A stretch of DNA of 64,000 nt from an uncultured Planctomycetaceae bacterium (GTDB lineage: Bacteria > Planctomycetota > Planctomycetia > Pirellulales > PALSA-1355), in NCBI GenBank assembly GCA_963785305.1, contig CAWAUV010000008.1:1344001-1408000 (forward strand), read 5' to 3'. Of the stretch, positions 29,597-40,122 are shown piece by piece. A program made the translations under genes and the position numbers. Position 1 is the stretch's first letter, and every line of letters starts with the position of its first letter. The notes under the pieces were generated by a model. It searched no databases. It had not been told where the DNA came from and saw only the letters and a list, made by a program, of their open reading frames with translations.

Positions 29597-32120
29597 ATGC
29601 CCGCCGTGCCCAGCGAGTCGTTGATCGCGCTGCTTGCGGAGCTTCGGCTCGCCACGGCGGGGCAAACCCAGAGCGTCGCGCCGAGAGTGCGCCGCTTGGC
29701 CCACGACCTGCCGGGATTCGACTCGGTGTGGGTCGACGCGCTGGCCGAGGCCCGCGTGCTTACGCCATTTCAAGCGGCTGAGATCAATTCGGGCCGCGGG
29801 GCCGAGCTGGCCGTGGGGCCCTATGTGCTCACCGGTCGACTTGCCGGTCCGGCTTATGGCCGTTCGTTTGCCGCGGTCGAACTCAACACCCGGGCCCCCG
29901 CGCGGTTACTGATTGTCGACCGCGCCCAGGGCTCGGCGGAGTTCGTGGCCGCCTCGCTCGCGCGACTCGTGGAGCAAAGCCGATACTTGGAACATCCGGC
30001 GTTTGGCCCGGCGCTCGACGCTGGCATCAGCGGTTCGCGCGTGTGGGCGGCATGTCGGCCCGATCGCGGAGTGCTCGCGGCGCGCTGGCTGGTGGAAAAC
30101 GGCCGGCTGCCGGCGCCGGCCGTGCTCGAGATCGCGCGGCAAATGACGGCGGCGCTCGCGGAGCTCGAACGCATCGAGCTCGTGCATGGCGATCTCTCGA
30201 CCTGGGGGCTCACGTTCGACGCTCAAGGCGCGATCGAGCTGCCGCTTCCCGGCCTGAGGCCACTGGTGCGGCGCGACGAAGGCTATGCGTTTGGCGATCT
30301 TCAGCCTGAGGGCTTCGACACGCTGGCGCCCGAGCGGATTGAAAACGGCGCGGCCGCCGCGCACAAACGGACCTCTATGCCTGCGGATGTTTGTGGTGGC
30401 ACTTGGCCGCGGGTCGGCCGCCTTTTGCCGGCGGGTCATCGATCGCGAAGCTCAAGGCGGTGCATCGCGCAAAAGCGCCCGACATCGCACAGCTAACCGT
30501 CGATGCGCCGCCGGAGTTGATCGCCGCGATTCACGCGGCGATGGCCGTGGATCCCGCGAAACGGCCGCCGAGCTTCGCGGCGCTGGGCGCGATGCTTGGC
30601 CCGGCGACGCGCGGAAGCGTCAGGACGGCCCGGCGCTTGATGGACGAGGACTTTGGGCCGCGGCGACTGTGGCGGCCGGCCAAGCCGCGCGTTTCGGGCA
30701 CGCGGCGCGTGGTCCATGCGACCGCCATCGCCGCTTGCCTCGCGCTGCTCGTGGCGGCGCCGATCGCTTGGCGGCATCGCCGCGAGATCGTTTGGCGTCC
30801 GGGCGCCGATCGGACCCCGGCGTCGCAATCGCTCGCCGCGATCGCCCAAGGCAAGGAGCCCCGCGACAAAGCGCCCGCGAAAAAGCTAAATGCGGACAAC
30901 CGAATTGCCGACAACCGAATTGCAGCCCAGCGAATTGCAGCGCCGCCAGCGCCGCGCGAGCCACGGCTGGAAGCGGACCCCGAGCCGGCGGCGCCCGTCG
31001 AGCTTGCCCGGCACATAGCGGCCGCCCCCGGCAATCGCGCCGCGCGGGCGGCGTATCTTGCTCCGGGCGCCAAGATCGAGCCGCTGCTCTTGCCGGTCGA
31101 TCGTCCGCGGCGATTGAGCGAGCTCGAGCTGAGCCCGGGACAAACGGTGCGCGGCGAAGGGCCGGGGCGGCCGATGATTTTGATTTCCAGCGAGGGGCTT
31201 CGGGTGCGCAGGCGCGGGGTCGTGTTTGAGAATGTCGATTTTGTGCTCGAAGCCGGCGAGGCCGCGGAGTCGAACCACGGCGGGGTGGTGCGGCTCGAAG
31301 CCGACGACGCGGAGTTCCGCGGCTGTTCGTTTCAAGTCACGAGCTCGCCCGCGAGATATTCAGCCGCGACCGATGCCTCGGCAGCGATCGTCTGGAGCGC
31401 GGGCCACGCCGCGAAGCCCGCGAGCGAAGCGAGCCTCGCGCTGCCGGGCACGTTGATGCTCGACCATTGCGTGTTTTGGAATGTGGGGGCGGCGGTCGAT
31501 TGTCGGGCGCGGCGGTCGATCGAGATTCGCCCCGGAGGTCGCTGCATGCCGGGTCTGGCCCGCTCGCGCGATTGGCGGCGCCGCCAGCACGAAATCACAC
31601 CGTGTTTCTACACATGACGAATATCACGCTCCGCGGCGCGGCGGCGGCGCTCGAATGCGTGCTGCCCGAGCGATCGTCGCAATCGCCGCCGTCGGAATCG
31701 CGACGTGAAAACATGGCGGCGACCGGCAATCCCGCCGGCGCCGGGGGCGAGACAGGTCGGATCGCGATCGAAGCGATCGATAGCGTGTTCGCGCTCGACG
31801 CGCGCAGGGCGCTGATCTTGGCGACCGGCTCGCGCGAACCGGCGCCGTTTGTCGCGCGAATCGAATGGACCGGGCACGGATCGCTGGTCACGCTCGCCAC
31901 GCCGCTCGCCGCGGGCCGCGCCGCCGCCGCCGCTCCCGCGCGCGAACTGGCCGAAGACGAGCTGCAATTCTCGGGACTGGTGCGGGGCGAGGTCGAGTTC
32001 GAGGGCGCCGCGCCCGCCGGACCCGAAGCGGCGCAAGTGCGCCGCTGGCAAGCGCCGCTCCGCTCGAACCAAGCGCCGGGCATCGGCGCCGGAGAGCTAT
32101 CGCTGCCGCGAGTCGAGTGA
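29597..32120 (+). CDS. Ser/Thr kinase-like membrane protein with C-terminal beta-helix-like domain (frameshifts ~30360, ~31530)
   Basis: LTPFQAAEI..GPY, VHGDL, APE, DLYACGCLWWHL..GRPPF, DPAKRP; TM segment; GVVFENVDF. Confidence 0.75.
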
Positions 32121-32164
32121 GCAACGCGCGGCGGGGTATTCCCAGGCAATCATTCGTCGGGCAA

Positions 32165-32656
32165 TCAGTCGTCGCTCGCGAGGTCGGCTTCGGTGATCAT
32201 GGTGAACCCCTTGGCGGCCAGGGTTTCCATGCCCATCTCGATATTGTCGACCATGAGGGCCACTGCGGGGCGACCATGCGGCCGCACCAAGAGCGGGTAG
32301 GCCTGAATGATATTCACCTCGGCCTGAAGCAGCGCGGTGCAGACTTGCAAAAGCGGCTGATTGCCCGAGGGCAGTTCGACCCCGATCAGATCGCTCTCGA
32401 TGAGGGCGAGCCCGGCCCGCTCCAAAATCTCGCGGCCCTGCTCGGGCTGGCTGAGCAAGAATCGCACAAAGGCGCATTCGGCCGAATCATTGATCGAGAG
32501 GGCGACGATCCGCACACGGCTGTTCTCGAAGCGGCGTACGACTTCGAGCAATTGGCCAACGCGATTTTCGAGAAACACGGTGAATTGACGGATCGAGGGG
32601 TAATTTCGCCCCCGCATGGTCGAATAGCCGGTTCCGGTTCCTTCGCCGATACTCAT
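32165..32656 (-). CDS. Tandem ACT-domain protein
   Basis: RQFTVFLENRVGQL, ALLQAEVNIIQAYP. Confidence 0.85.
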   Translation of the reverse strand: MSIGEGTGTGYSTMRGRNYPSIRQFTVFLENRVGQLLEVVRRFENSRVRIVALSINDSAECAFVRFLLSQPEQGREILERAGLALIESDLIGVELPSGNQPLLQVCTALLQAEVNIIQAYPLLVRPHGRPAVALMVDNIEMGMETLAAKGFTMITEADLASDD

Positions 32657-32887
32657 CGTGAGTCGCTCGATCCCTCGGACCGGTTTCGTCGGCCGCACGG
32701 CATCGTCGCCGCCCTATGCACGAGGCGATCGGCAAGGGATCACGTTCGCGGTCCCCCGCCACCGAAGGGCATGATTCGACGAGCGATTCCCTTTATAGAA
32801 AAACCAGCGGCCGCCGTCAAATGCCGCGAACAACGCCCCGACGGCCGGCCGGCGTGGTCGGCCGGCTGTCGGGCGATTGCGGTTTGC

Positions 32888-33499
32888 CTAGCTGAGCCGG
32901 TGCGGTTTGCGGATGGCCAGCGAGAGCATGATCCAGGTCCAGCCGTTGAACAGCATTTCCAGGCCGACCAAAAGGCCGATGACCCAGGGGTAATCCTCGC
33001 GGAAATGGCGATAGATAATCACGCCCACGAGCAGAGTCACGACTCCGCTGAGCAGCACCCAACCCCATTGCGGAGTGCGGCTGGAAAGCGACGCCGCAAT
33101 GCGGAAGGCGCCGAGCACGATGAACAGCGAGGCCAGCACCAGCGTGAGCACTTCGAGCGACTGGCCCGGATCGTCGGTAATGGCGTAACCGGCCACGAGA
33201 TAGAGGAGCCCGACCAGCAGATTCAGCAAAAAGCCGCTCCATTTTCCGGCCCAAAACGCCGCGACGATGATCGCCACTCCGGCAATCATGAGCGTGATGC
33301 CGAGCAGGAGCACGATCGTCACGCTGGTGATGACGGTGGCCGCCGGCACGACGATCGCCGTCGTGCCGCCGAGCACAAGCAGAATACCGAGCACAAGCAA
33401 CCACCACCAGTGATTGCGCAAGTGTTCGAGCTCATGCCGCGGCGAGGCCGAGGCAAGCGGGTTCGGTGTCGACACATTCGGAGGCAGATCGGTGCTCAT
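32888..33499 (-). CDS. HdeD/DUF308 family membrane protein
   Basis: WWWLLVLGILLVLGG, six TM segments, WVIGLLVGLEMLFNG. Confidence 0.88.
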   Translation of the reverse strand: MSTDLPPNVSTPNPLASASPRHELEHLRNHWWWLLVLGILLVLGGTTAIVVPAATVITSVTIVLLLGITLMIAGVAIIVAAFWAGKWSGFLLNLLVGLLYLVAGYAITDDPGQSLEVLTLVLASLFIVLGAFRIAASLSSRTPQWGWVLLSGVVTLLVGVIIYRHFREDYPWVIGLLVGLEMLFNGWTWIMLSLAIRKPHRLS

Positions 33500-33816
33500 G
33501 TTTTTTCCTTCGCGGCGAGAGTCGATGGTTTGGGGTTATATCACGCGACGCTAGGTTCGCTCGCGTCGAGACGCTCATCAGCCTGTTGGCCAAGCGCCGA
33601 GCAAAGCTCGTGGCGGCTCGGTCAAGGCCCGCTTCGCGGCGGGGGCCCGTTTTCGGTTCTTCCCCCATGCTCCGCATAGCACTGGAAGCTTAAGTCACGC
33701 CGGCGAGCGATCGGCCCCGGGGTCAGGGGAAAAGTCGCCGATCGCCGCGGCCACCGCGCCGGAGTCGGCGGCCTCGCGACGATTCTAACGATTGCGCCGA
33801 GAGCCGGGGCGCGAAT

Positions 33817-34637
33817 TCAATCCCGGTCGCCTTTCGCCGTTTCCGCCTTCGAGTGAGGCGCGAGGGCCGCCAACATCGCCGGATGCAGCAGGCGGTTCGT
33901 GGCCAGCAGGCTGGTTTTGGCCAGCGGCAGCGGTTCGCCGAGGCAAGTCGTGACTTGGCCGCCGGCTTCCTCGACGAAGATGCGTCCGGCGGCGAAATCC
34001 CAGGGCGCCAATTGAAACTCGAAAAACGCTCCGAAACGTCCGAGCCCCACGCCGCACAGATCGAGCGTCGCCGCGCCGAAACGGCGAACGCCATGAATCC
34101 GCGCATGAAACAGATCGCGAATCGCAAGCAGCGTGGTTTCCATCATCGCGCCGCGATCGTAGTAAAAGCCGACCGCGATCATCGTCTGGTCGAGTCGGGC
34201 TTGGGAGTTTACATGCGCCGGGCGCCGTTGACTCGCGCGCCTTGGCCCACGACCGCCGTGTAGAGGTCGCCCGCGAACGGATCGAAAATCACGCCCAGCA
34301 CCGGCGCGCCGCGATGATAATAGGCCACCGACACGGCGAACTGTTTGATGCCATGCAGGAAGTTGTTGGTCCCATCGAGCGGATCGACCACCCACAGATG
34401 CTCGGCCGCGAGGTCGCCGGCATGGCTCTCCTCGCCCAGAATCGAATGCGCGGGAAACGCGGCCTGGATCACGCCGGCGATGGCTTGTTCGGATTCCAGG
34501 TCGGCGACGCTCACCAGATTGTGCGACTGTTCGTGCTGCCCGATGGCGAGGTTCGAGCCGAAGTAGCGCGCCAGCACCGCGCCGCCCGCGCGAGCGGCGG
34601 CTTCCGCGACTTGGAGCGTTCGAGGCGAATCGATCAT
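33817..34637 (-). CDS. suhB: Inositol monophosphatase family protein (frameshift ~34215)
   Basis: LVSVAD, GEE, WVVDPLDGTNNF, RRFGAATLDL, PWDFAAG. Confidence 0.85.
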
Positions 34638-34707
34638 CGGCACGCCTTGTTGTTCGTGGGGCGCCTCGGAGATGTCTGGCAAGCCCGCCGTATCCATGCG
34701 GCGGCTC

Positions 34708-34732
34708 GGCCTGTTGAATAGTTCAACAGGTC
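34708..34732. repeat. 25-bp palindrome copy
   Basis: GGCCTGTTGAA-TAG-TTCAACAGGTC. Confidence 0.65.
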
Positions 34733-34778
34733 GCTAGTGCATTGTCACAATTGAAATGACGGGTTGGATTGGTTCGGT

Positions 34779-34862
34779 GGCGCCATGCCCACGGCCCTGC
34801 GTGGGCATGAGGACTCCGCGTGGCGCTCGAAAACATGCCCACGCTGGGCGTGGGCATGGCAC
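34779..34862. repeat. Inverted pair of CATGCCCACG..CGTGGGCATG REP hairpins
   Basis: Two hairpins with 10-bp stems downstream of dnaB. Confidence 0.75.
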
Positions 34863-34897
34863 ACGGGGTTACCTATCATTTCAGCCGTGACAAAGCA

Positions 34898-36331
34898 CTA
34901 GAACGATTCGCTATTGTAGCTCTCGAACTCGTCGTAGGGACGCTGCGTGGCGTTGGTGAAGCGGGTGAAGTCTTTCTTCCACTGGAGCTTCACATCGCCG
35001 ATCGGGCCGTTGCGCTGCTTGGCCACGATGATCTCGGCCTGACCGGACAGCCGCTCCCGGTCTTCGTCGTTCGTTTGATAATACTCCTCGCGATGCACGA
35101 ACATCACCACATCGGCGTCTTGCTCGATGGCGCCGCTCTCGCGCAGGTGGCTCAGTCGCGGGCGGTTTTCTTTCGAGACTTCCGCCTGCCGATTGAGCTG
35201 CGCCAGGCACAGCACCGGCACACTCATCTCACGCGCCAGGCCCTTGAGCCGGCGGGCGATTCGGGCCACCTGTTCTTGTCGCGAATCTTTTGAATTGTCG
35301 GGCTCGATCAGTTGCAAGTAGTCGATCACGATCAGCCCGAGGCCGTTCTTGCGCTTCAGCCGGCGAGCGGCGGCGGCGATTTCGGTCATGGTGCGGCTCG
35401 GCGAATCGTCGACAAACAGCGGCGCTTGATTCAGCTCCACGGCCTTCTCCACGATCCGGCGGCGGTCGTCGTTCGAGATCGTGCCGTTGCGCAGCCGCTT
35501 GCCGTTGACCTCGGCCAGCGAGCAGAGCATGCGGTCGGCCAACTCGATCGACGACATTTCCAAGCTGACGAACAGGGTGCCCACCTGTTTTTGCATCGAG
35601 ACATGCTCGGCGATATTGAGCGCCAGCGCGGTTTTGCCCATGCTCGGCCGAGCCGCCAGAATAATGAGCTCCGAATTGTGCAGTCCGCCGGTGAGCTGGT
35701 CGAAATCGGTCAGGCCGGTTTCGATGCCGCCGATCGCGTGTTCCTGCTTCATGCGCGCGTCGATGCGGTCCATCGCCGCGTGCAGAATATCGGAGATCGA
35801 GGCTACGCGGCTATTGGTCTGACTGTCGAGAATCGCGAAGATCTTTTGCTCGGCCCGGGCGAGCATTTCGCGCGGGTCGCTGGTGTCGTCGTAGGCGTCG
35901 TGCAGAATCTCGGTGCTGGTGTGAATCAGATTGCGCAGCGTGGCCTTTTCACGCACGATCTTCGCGTAGTAGGCCGCGTGGGCCGCCGTTGGCACCGATT
36001 CCATCAGGTCGGCGATCGCCGCGATGCCGCCCACGAGCTCGAGCTCGCCGGCCGACTTGAGTCGCTCGACCAGCAGGGTCGAGTCGATGCGACCGCCCTC
36101 CTCGTGCATGTGCAAGAGATGCCCGAAGAGCTTTTGATGGGCGATGTCGTAGAAATCGTCGGCCCGGGTAATGAGCGCCACATCGTCGCACACTTCGGGC
36201 AGGAGCAAAATGCTGCCCAGCACTCCGCGCTCGGCCTCGAGACTGCGCGGCGGCTGGCGATCGAAGATCGCGGCCGTGAGGGCCTCGCGCGTCGAGGCGT
36301 GTGGAGAATCGAAATGCTTCGCAGCAGCCAT
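34898..36331 (-). CDS. dnaB: Replicative DNA helicase
   Basis: AARPSMGKT, SLEMS, IDYLQL, AQLNR, LRESGAIEQDAD, KQRNGP; no intein. Confidence 0.97.
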   Translation of the reverse strand: MAAAKHFDSPHASTREALTAAIFDRQPPRSLEAERGVLGSILLLPEVCDDVALITRADDFYDIAHQKLFGHLLHMHEEGGRIDSTLLVERLKSAGELELVGGIAAIADLMESVPTAAHAAYYAKIVREKATLRNLIHTSTEILHDAYDDTSDPREMLARAEQKIFAILDSQTNSRVASISDILHAAMDRIDARMKQEHAIGGIETGLTDFDQLTGGLHNSELIILAARPSMGKTALALNIAEHVSMQKQVGTLFVSLEMSSIELADRMLCSLAEVNGKRLRNGTISNDDRRRIVEKAVELNQAPLFVDDSPSRTMTEIAAAARRLKRKNGLGLIVIDYLQLIEPDNSKDSRQEQVARIARRLKGLAREMSVPVLCLAQLNRQAEVSKENRPRLSHLRESGAIEQDADVVMFVHREEYYQTNDEDRERLSGQAEIIVAKQRNGPIGDVKLQWKKDFTRFTNATQRPYDEFESYNSESF

Positions 36332-36559
36332 GCCCATCCTTGAAGCGTTCGAGGATCGAAGTTCGTGGAAACCGATGCCCGGAGCGGCGCCGGCTCGCGA
36401 ACCGGCGCGAGCGCTCGCCGCGATCGGCGAAGACACGCCGCCCGGCGAAAGCGGAATCAACCTTGCCGGCGCGCGGCCGCGGCGCCAAAGCCGAGAATCT
36501 TGCCGATGATCTCGTAAAAAAAGCGCAAGCTCGACGTTCGAGCGTCGCGCGCGGATAAA

Positions 36560-36638
36560 AGTCTATCCGAGCAATTCCGCGCGCCCTCATCCCACGCTTT
36601 CCCCAACGGGGAGAGGGGGGAGTCGTCGGATAGGCTCT
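36560..36638. repeat. MITE-like element adjoining the rplI stop codon
   Basis: GTCTATCCGA..TCGGATAGGCTC TIRs with CCCC/GGGGAGAGGG core. Confidence 0.7.
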
Positions 36639-37258
36639 TACTTGGTCTCGGGCTTCGCCGACTTATCCGCCTTGGTGGTGGCTTTGTCGGACTTGGCCGC
36701 GTTGGCGGCCTTGGCCGGCTCGGAGCGCGGGGCCGGCTCGTCGCCCACGGTCGGCACGATCCACACCTTGAGCTCGGCTTCGATATCGTGTCCCAGGTGA
36801 ACGCCCACGGTGTAGAGGCCAAGCTCCTTGAGCGGCCCCTTGAGGCGAATCTGATCGGCCGTGACCGTGATCTCGTTTTTCTTGAGCGCGGCCACGATCT
36901 CCACGGCTCCGACCGAACCATACAGATGGCCTTCGTCGTTGGCGTTGGCCTCGATCGTGACGCTTTGCTTGCCGATCTGTTCGGCCAGCGAGCGAAGGCC
37001 GGCCATGCGGGCATTTTGGATTTCTTGCAGACGAGTCCGATGCTTCTCGACCATGCGCTTGTGATGGTCGGTGGCAATCGTGGCCAGGCCCTGGGGCAAG
37101 AGGAAGTTCATCGCATAGCCGCGTTTCACTTCCACGACATCACCCTGGGCGCCGACATGGTCCACCGATTGGATCAGCAGCAACTCGACGCCGCGATGCT
37201 TGCCGCGCGGAAGCCGTTTGCCGGGTCGATGCGTGTGTTTCGAGGAAGTCGTGCCCAT
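36638..37258 (-). CDS. rplI: 50S ribosomal protein L9 (N- and C-terminal extensions)
   Basis: GDVVEVKRGYAMNFLLP, GHLYGSV. Confidence 0.95.
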   Translation of the reverse strand: MGTTSSKHTHRPGKRLPRGKHRGVELLLIQSVDHVGAQGDVVEVKRGYAMNFLLPQGLATIATDHHKRMVEKHRTRLQEIQNARMAGLRSLAEQIGKQSVTIEANANDEGHLYGSVGAVEIVAALKKNEITVTADQIRLKGPLKELGLYTVGVHLGHDIEAELKVWIVPTVGDEPAPRSEPAKAANAAKSDKATTKADKSAKPETK

Positions 37259-37353
37259 GGTTCGTCTCGCTATAGAGTGGTTCAGGTTATTGAAATGTGG
37301 GTGATGTTCTTGGGGGTTCGATCTCGACGACCGTCGCCGGGTCGCGAGACGAG

Positions 37354-37896
37354 TCAAAACGGAATATCGTCGCCCCCGCCAGCGCCGCCCCGCGGGGGAG
37401 CGTCGTAGTCGCCGCGGGAGGGCGCTTCATGGGAACCTTCGGCCACGGGGGGCCGCGAGCGCTGATTCGCGGGGCGCGACTGATTGTAGCCGCCGCGTCC
37501 GCCGGCTTCGCGCCCTCCGCCTTCGGCGCCAGCGCGTCCGCCGCCCGCTTCGCCGCCGCTGGCTCCGCCGCGTCCGCCGAGCATTTGCATTTTCTCGCCG
37601 ACCACGCGCAGTTTTGAGTTTTTCTTGCCGTCTTTCTCCCAGGTGTCGAGCTTCAGGCGTCCCTCGATCAACACGCTCGAACCCTTGGAAAGGTATTCGC
37701 TGGCCACTTCGGCCGTGCGCTCCCAGAGCGTGACATCGACGAATGTGGTGTCTTCGACCCAGTCGCCATTGGGACCTTTGCGGCGATCGTTGATCGCGAG
37801 CCCGAGCTCGGTCACCGCGGCGCCGCTCGGAGTGTAGCGCAGCTCGGGATCACGGGTGAGGTTTCCCACCAGCACAACGCGGTTGTAGCTCGCCAT
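37354..37896 (-). CDS. ssb: Single-stranded DNA-binding protein
   Basis: [23 protein letters not shown]. Confidence 0.97.
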   Translation of the reverse strand: MASYNRVVLVGNLTRDPELRYTPSGAAVTELGLAINDRRKGPNGDWVEDTTFVDVTLWERTAEVASEYLSKGSSVLIEGRLKLDTWEKDGKKNSKLRVVGEKMQMLGGRGGASGGEAGGGRAGAEGGGREAGGRGGYNQSRPANQRSRPPVAEGSHEAPSRGDYDAPPRGGAGGGDDIPF

Positions 37897-37950
37897 GATC
37901 GCACCTCGGAAAAACGCCCCGAAACGAACTCTCGTTGCCTCGATCGCCGC

Positions 37951-38364
37951 TTACAAGTCGGCGATCGCGTCGACTGCGCCTTCGATTCCGGCAATGGCAG
38001 GCGCCACTTCGGCCGGAGCGCGGCGAACGGTCGTGCCCGAAAGCGCGTGACTGACGAGCGATTCCGAGATGCGCGGATCGACCTTCAAGAACAAGGTGCG
38101 AAGGATGACTTCATGAATCTCGCACTGCCGATTCAGTTCCGCGAGCTTGAGCGGGTCGAGCCGGAAGTAGGTCAGCCAGTAGGCGCCCTTGCGATGGCCA
38201 TCGATCGGATACGCCAAGCGGCGTTCTTCCCACAGCCGATTGGCGAGCATGTGGCCGCCGCATTTTTCGATGAGTTCGGCAATCATTCCGGCCATGTTGC
38301 TCGCCTCGCGGGCATAGCGATTCGAATCCAAAATGAACATGCCTTCGTAGACATTCTCGGCCAC
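37951..38364 (-). CDS. rpsF: 30S ribosomal protein S6
   Basis: YEGMFIL, WEERRLAYPI; GTG start with GAGGAG RBS. Confidence 0.95.
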   Translation of the reverse strand: MAENVYEGMFILDSNRYAREASNMAGMIAELIEKCGGHMLANRLWEERRLAYPIDGHRKGAYWLTYFRLDPLKLAELNRQCEIHEVILRTLFLKVDPRISESLVSHALSGTTVRRAPAEVAPAIAGIEGAVDAIADL

Positions 38365-38435
38365 GACGTTGCTCCTCGGTTTTGCAAAAAATGAATTTCG
38401 ATGTTCGTTGTTTTTAGGCCGCCCAGCGCGGTTTT

Positions 38436-39065
38436 CTACGATGGATTCGCGTTGAAGCGGTTCATCGCGGCGGCAATTCCTTCTCGGGCCCACAGGTCGA
38501 TCGCGTCGATGGCCCGATCCAGGGCGATCGCCACTTCGACCTGTTCCTCGCTTTTAAAGGTTCCCAGCACCCAGTCGATCGCGTCTCGCCCGGCGGGCGG
38601 GGCGCCCACTCCGATTCGCAGTCGCGGCACATCCAGCGAGCCGAGGCGTCGCAGGATATCATGCAGTCCTTTTTGTCCGCCGGCCGACCCGGTGGAGCGC
38701 AACCGCAACTTGCCGAGGGGCAGATTGAGATCGTCGCACACGACGAGCAGGTTGGCATTGTCTATCTTATAAAAATCCCGCGCTGCCAGCACACTCGTTC
38801 CGCTCAGATTCATGTAGGTCCCGGGCCAAACGAGCAGGCCCTTCGCGTCGCCCTGGCCGGCGGCGCCCCAGGCGATTTCAAGCACCTCGGCTTGAAAGTC
38901 GTTTCTTCGTCGCGCGGCGAGTCGCGGATCGGCGGCTCGCCGGCTGGTGTTTCCCGAACCCTGGCCATGTCGCTGGGCAAGAGCGTCAAGCGCCATGAAG
39001 CCGATGTTGTGTCGCGTGGAGTGGTATTTTCGGCCTGGATTTCCCAATCCCACTACGAGTTTCAC
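38436..39065 (-). CDS. pth: Peptidyl-tRNA hydrolase
   Basis: VGLGNPG..TRHNIGF, TYMNLSG, DDL, RLRIGVG. Confidence 0.95.
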   Translation of the reverse strand: MKLVVGLGNPGRKYHSTRHNIGFMALDALAQRHGQGSGNTSRRAADPRLAARRRNDFQAEVLEIAWGAAGQGDAKGLLVWPGTYMNLSGTSVLAARDFYKIDNANLLVVCDDLNLPLGKLRLRSTGSAGGQKGLHDILRRLGSLDVPRLRIGVGAPPAGRDAIDWVLGTFKSEEQVEVAIALDRAIDAIDLWAREGIAAAMNRFNANPS

Positions 39066-39103
39066 GACCCACTACCAGTTTCACGGCCCACGACCAGTTT
39101 CAT
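39047..39103 (-). repeat. Three 19-nt tandem copies of the pth start region
   Basis: ATGAAACTGGTCGTGGGCC / GTGAAACTGGTAGTGGGTC / GTGAAACTCGTAGTGGGAT. Confidence 0.9.
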
Positions 39104-39181
39104 GGCGATCCAAGCATGTGTTGTCGTTCCGAGTAGCGACGGGGAATCGACTTCCCTGGGTCGCCAGCGGCGGCGAGGCTC

Positions 39182-39803
39182 TTATTCGTCTTCCGACTCC
39201 TCGGCCTTGCGACCGATGACCTCCGGCTCGGCGCCGGCTTCGGATTCCGTCTCTTCGTCGGCTTCGGTCGGCACCACGCAGTGAACCACAACCGCGTCGG
39301 CGTCGGTGAGCAGCGTGGCGCCTTCGGGTAATTGCACTTGAGCCGCGGTGAGCGAGTCGCCCACATTGAGCGAATTGACCAGCAAAAACAGCTTTTCGGG
39401 AATCGAGAGCGCCTCGCACTCGATCTCGACTTCGTGAATCGTTTGCTCGACCACGCCGCCGTTTTTCAGGCCCGGCGCCTCGCCGCGGAGCGCCACCTTG
39501 ACCTCGACCTGAATCCGCTCATGCTCCGAAACGCGGGTGAAGTCGACATGCAGCACATCGATCCCGTAGACATCCCACTGCATATCGCGGATGAAGGCTT
39601 TTTCATTGGCCGCGCCGCGGAGCTCGACGACTGCGCGCCCCGTGGCGAATCGCATTGGAGAGTTGATCGGCGCATAGGCTCAGCGAGACCGATCCCTCGC
39701 CGTGGCCATAAAGAATCGCCGGCACGCTACCGGCGCGGCGCAGCCGCTTGGCCACCCGCTTGCCATTTGCTTCACGCGGCTCGACATTGAGAACCTCCGC
39801 CAT
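39182..39803 (-). CDS. rplY: 50S ribosomal protein L25/Ctc (frameshift ~39640)
   Basis: KRLRRAGSVPAILYG, LHVDF, GEAPG..GGV, EPEVI. Confidence 0.92.
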
Positions 39804-40122
39804 GACGACACGCCCCCTTCGCACCAATAACAAATCGTGAATTCGTGTCCCGTGTGGGATCGCTCGGCCGGCGGACATGCGCCGCCGCAGCGATCCTTGT
39901 TTGCGGTCCATCGAAAGACCTACCGCCGGCGCAGGCAATCTGGCGATCGCCGCGCCCTTGCGGGAAACGAGCCATTGTGTCGTATTCCGCGAACAATTCA
40001 AGCCCAGCGCCGCGACTTCGCCTCGCCGGGCTTGAATCATGAACCTCGCGATGCCGAAAGACGCCTGGCGGCATGCGTTGTAAGGGACTCACCTGTAGGC
40101 AGTTAGGGTGAAAGGCGCCGCG

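Noticed and set aside
30901..30940. Short in-frame repeats in linkers (NRIAD/NRIAA; also ~14607, ~42880, ~54120)
   Set aside because: Ordinary slippage duplications in low-complexity protein linkers
34898..36331. Intein in dnaB
   Set aside because: Normal length and continuous motifs
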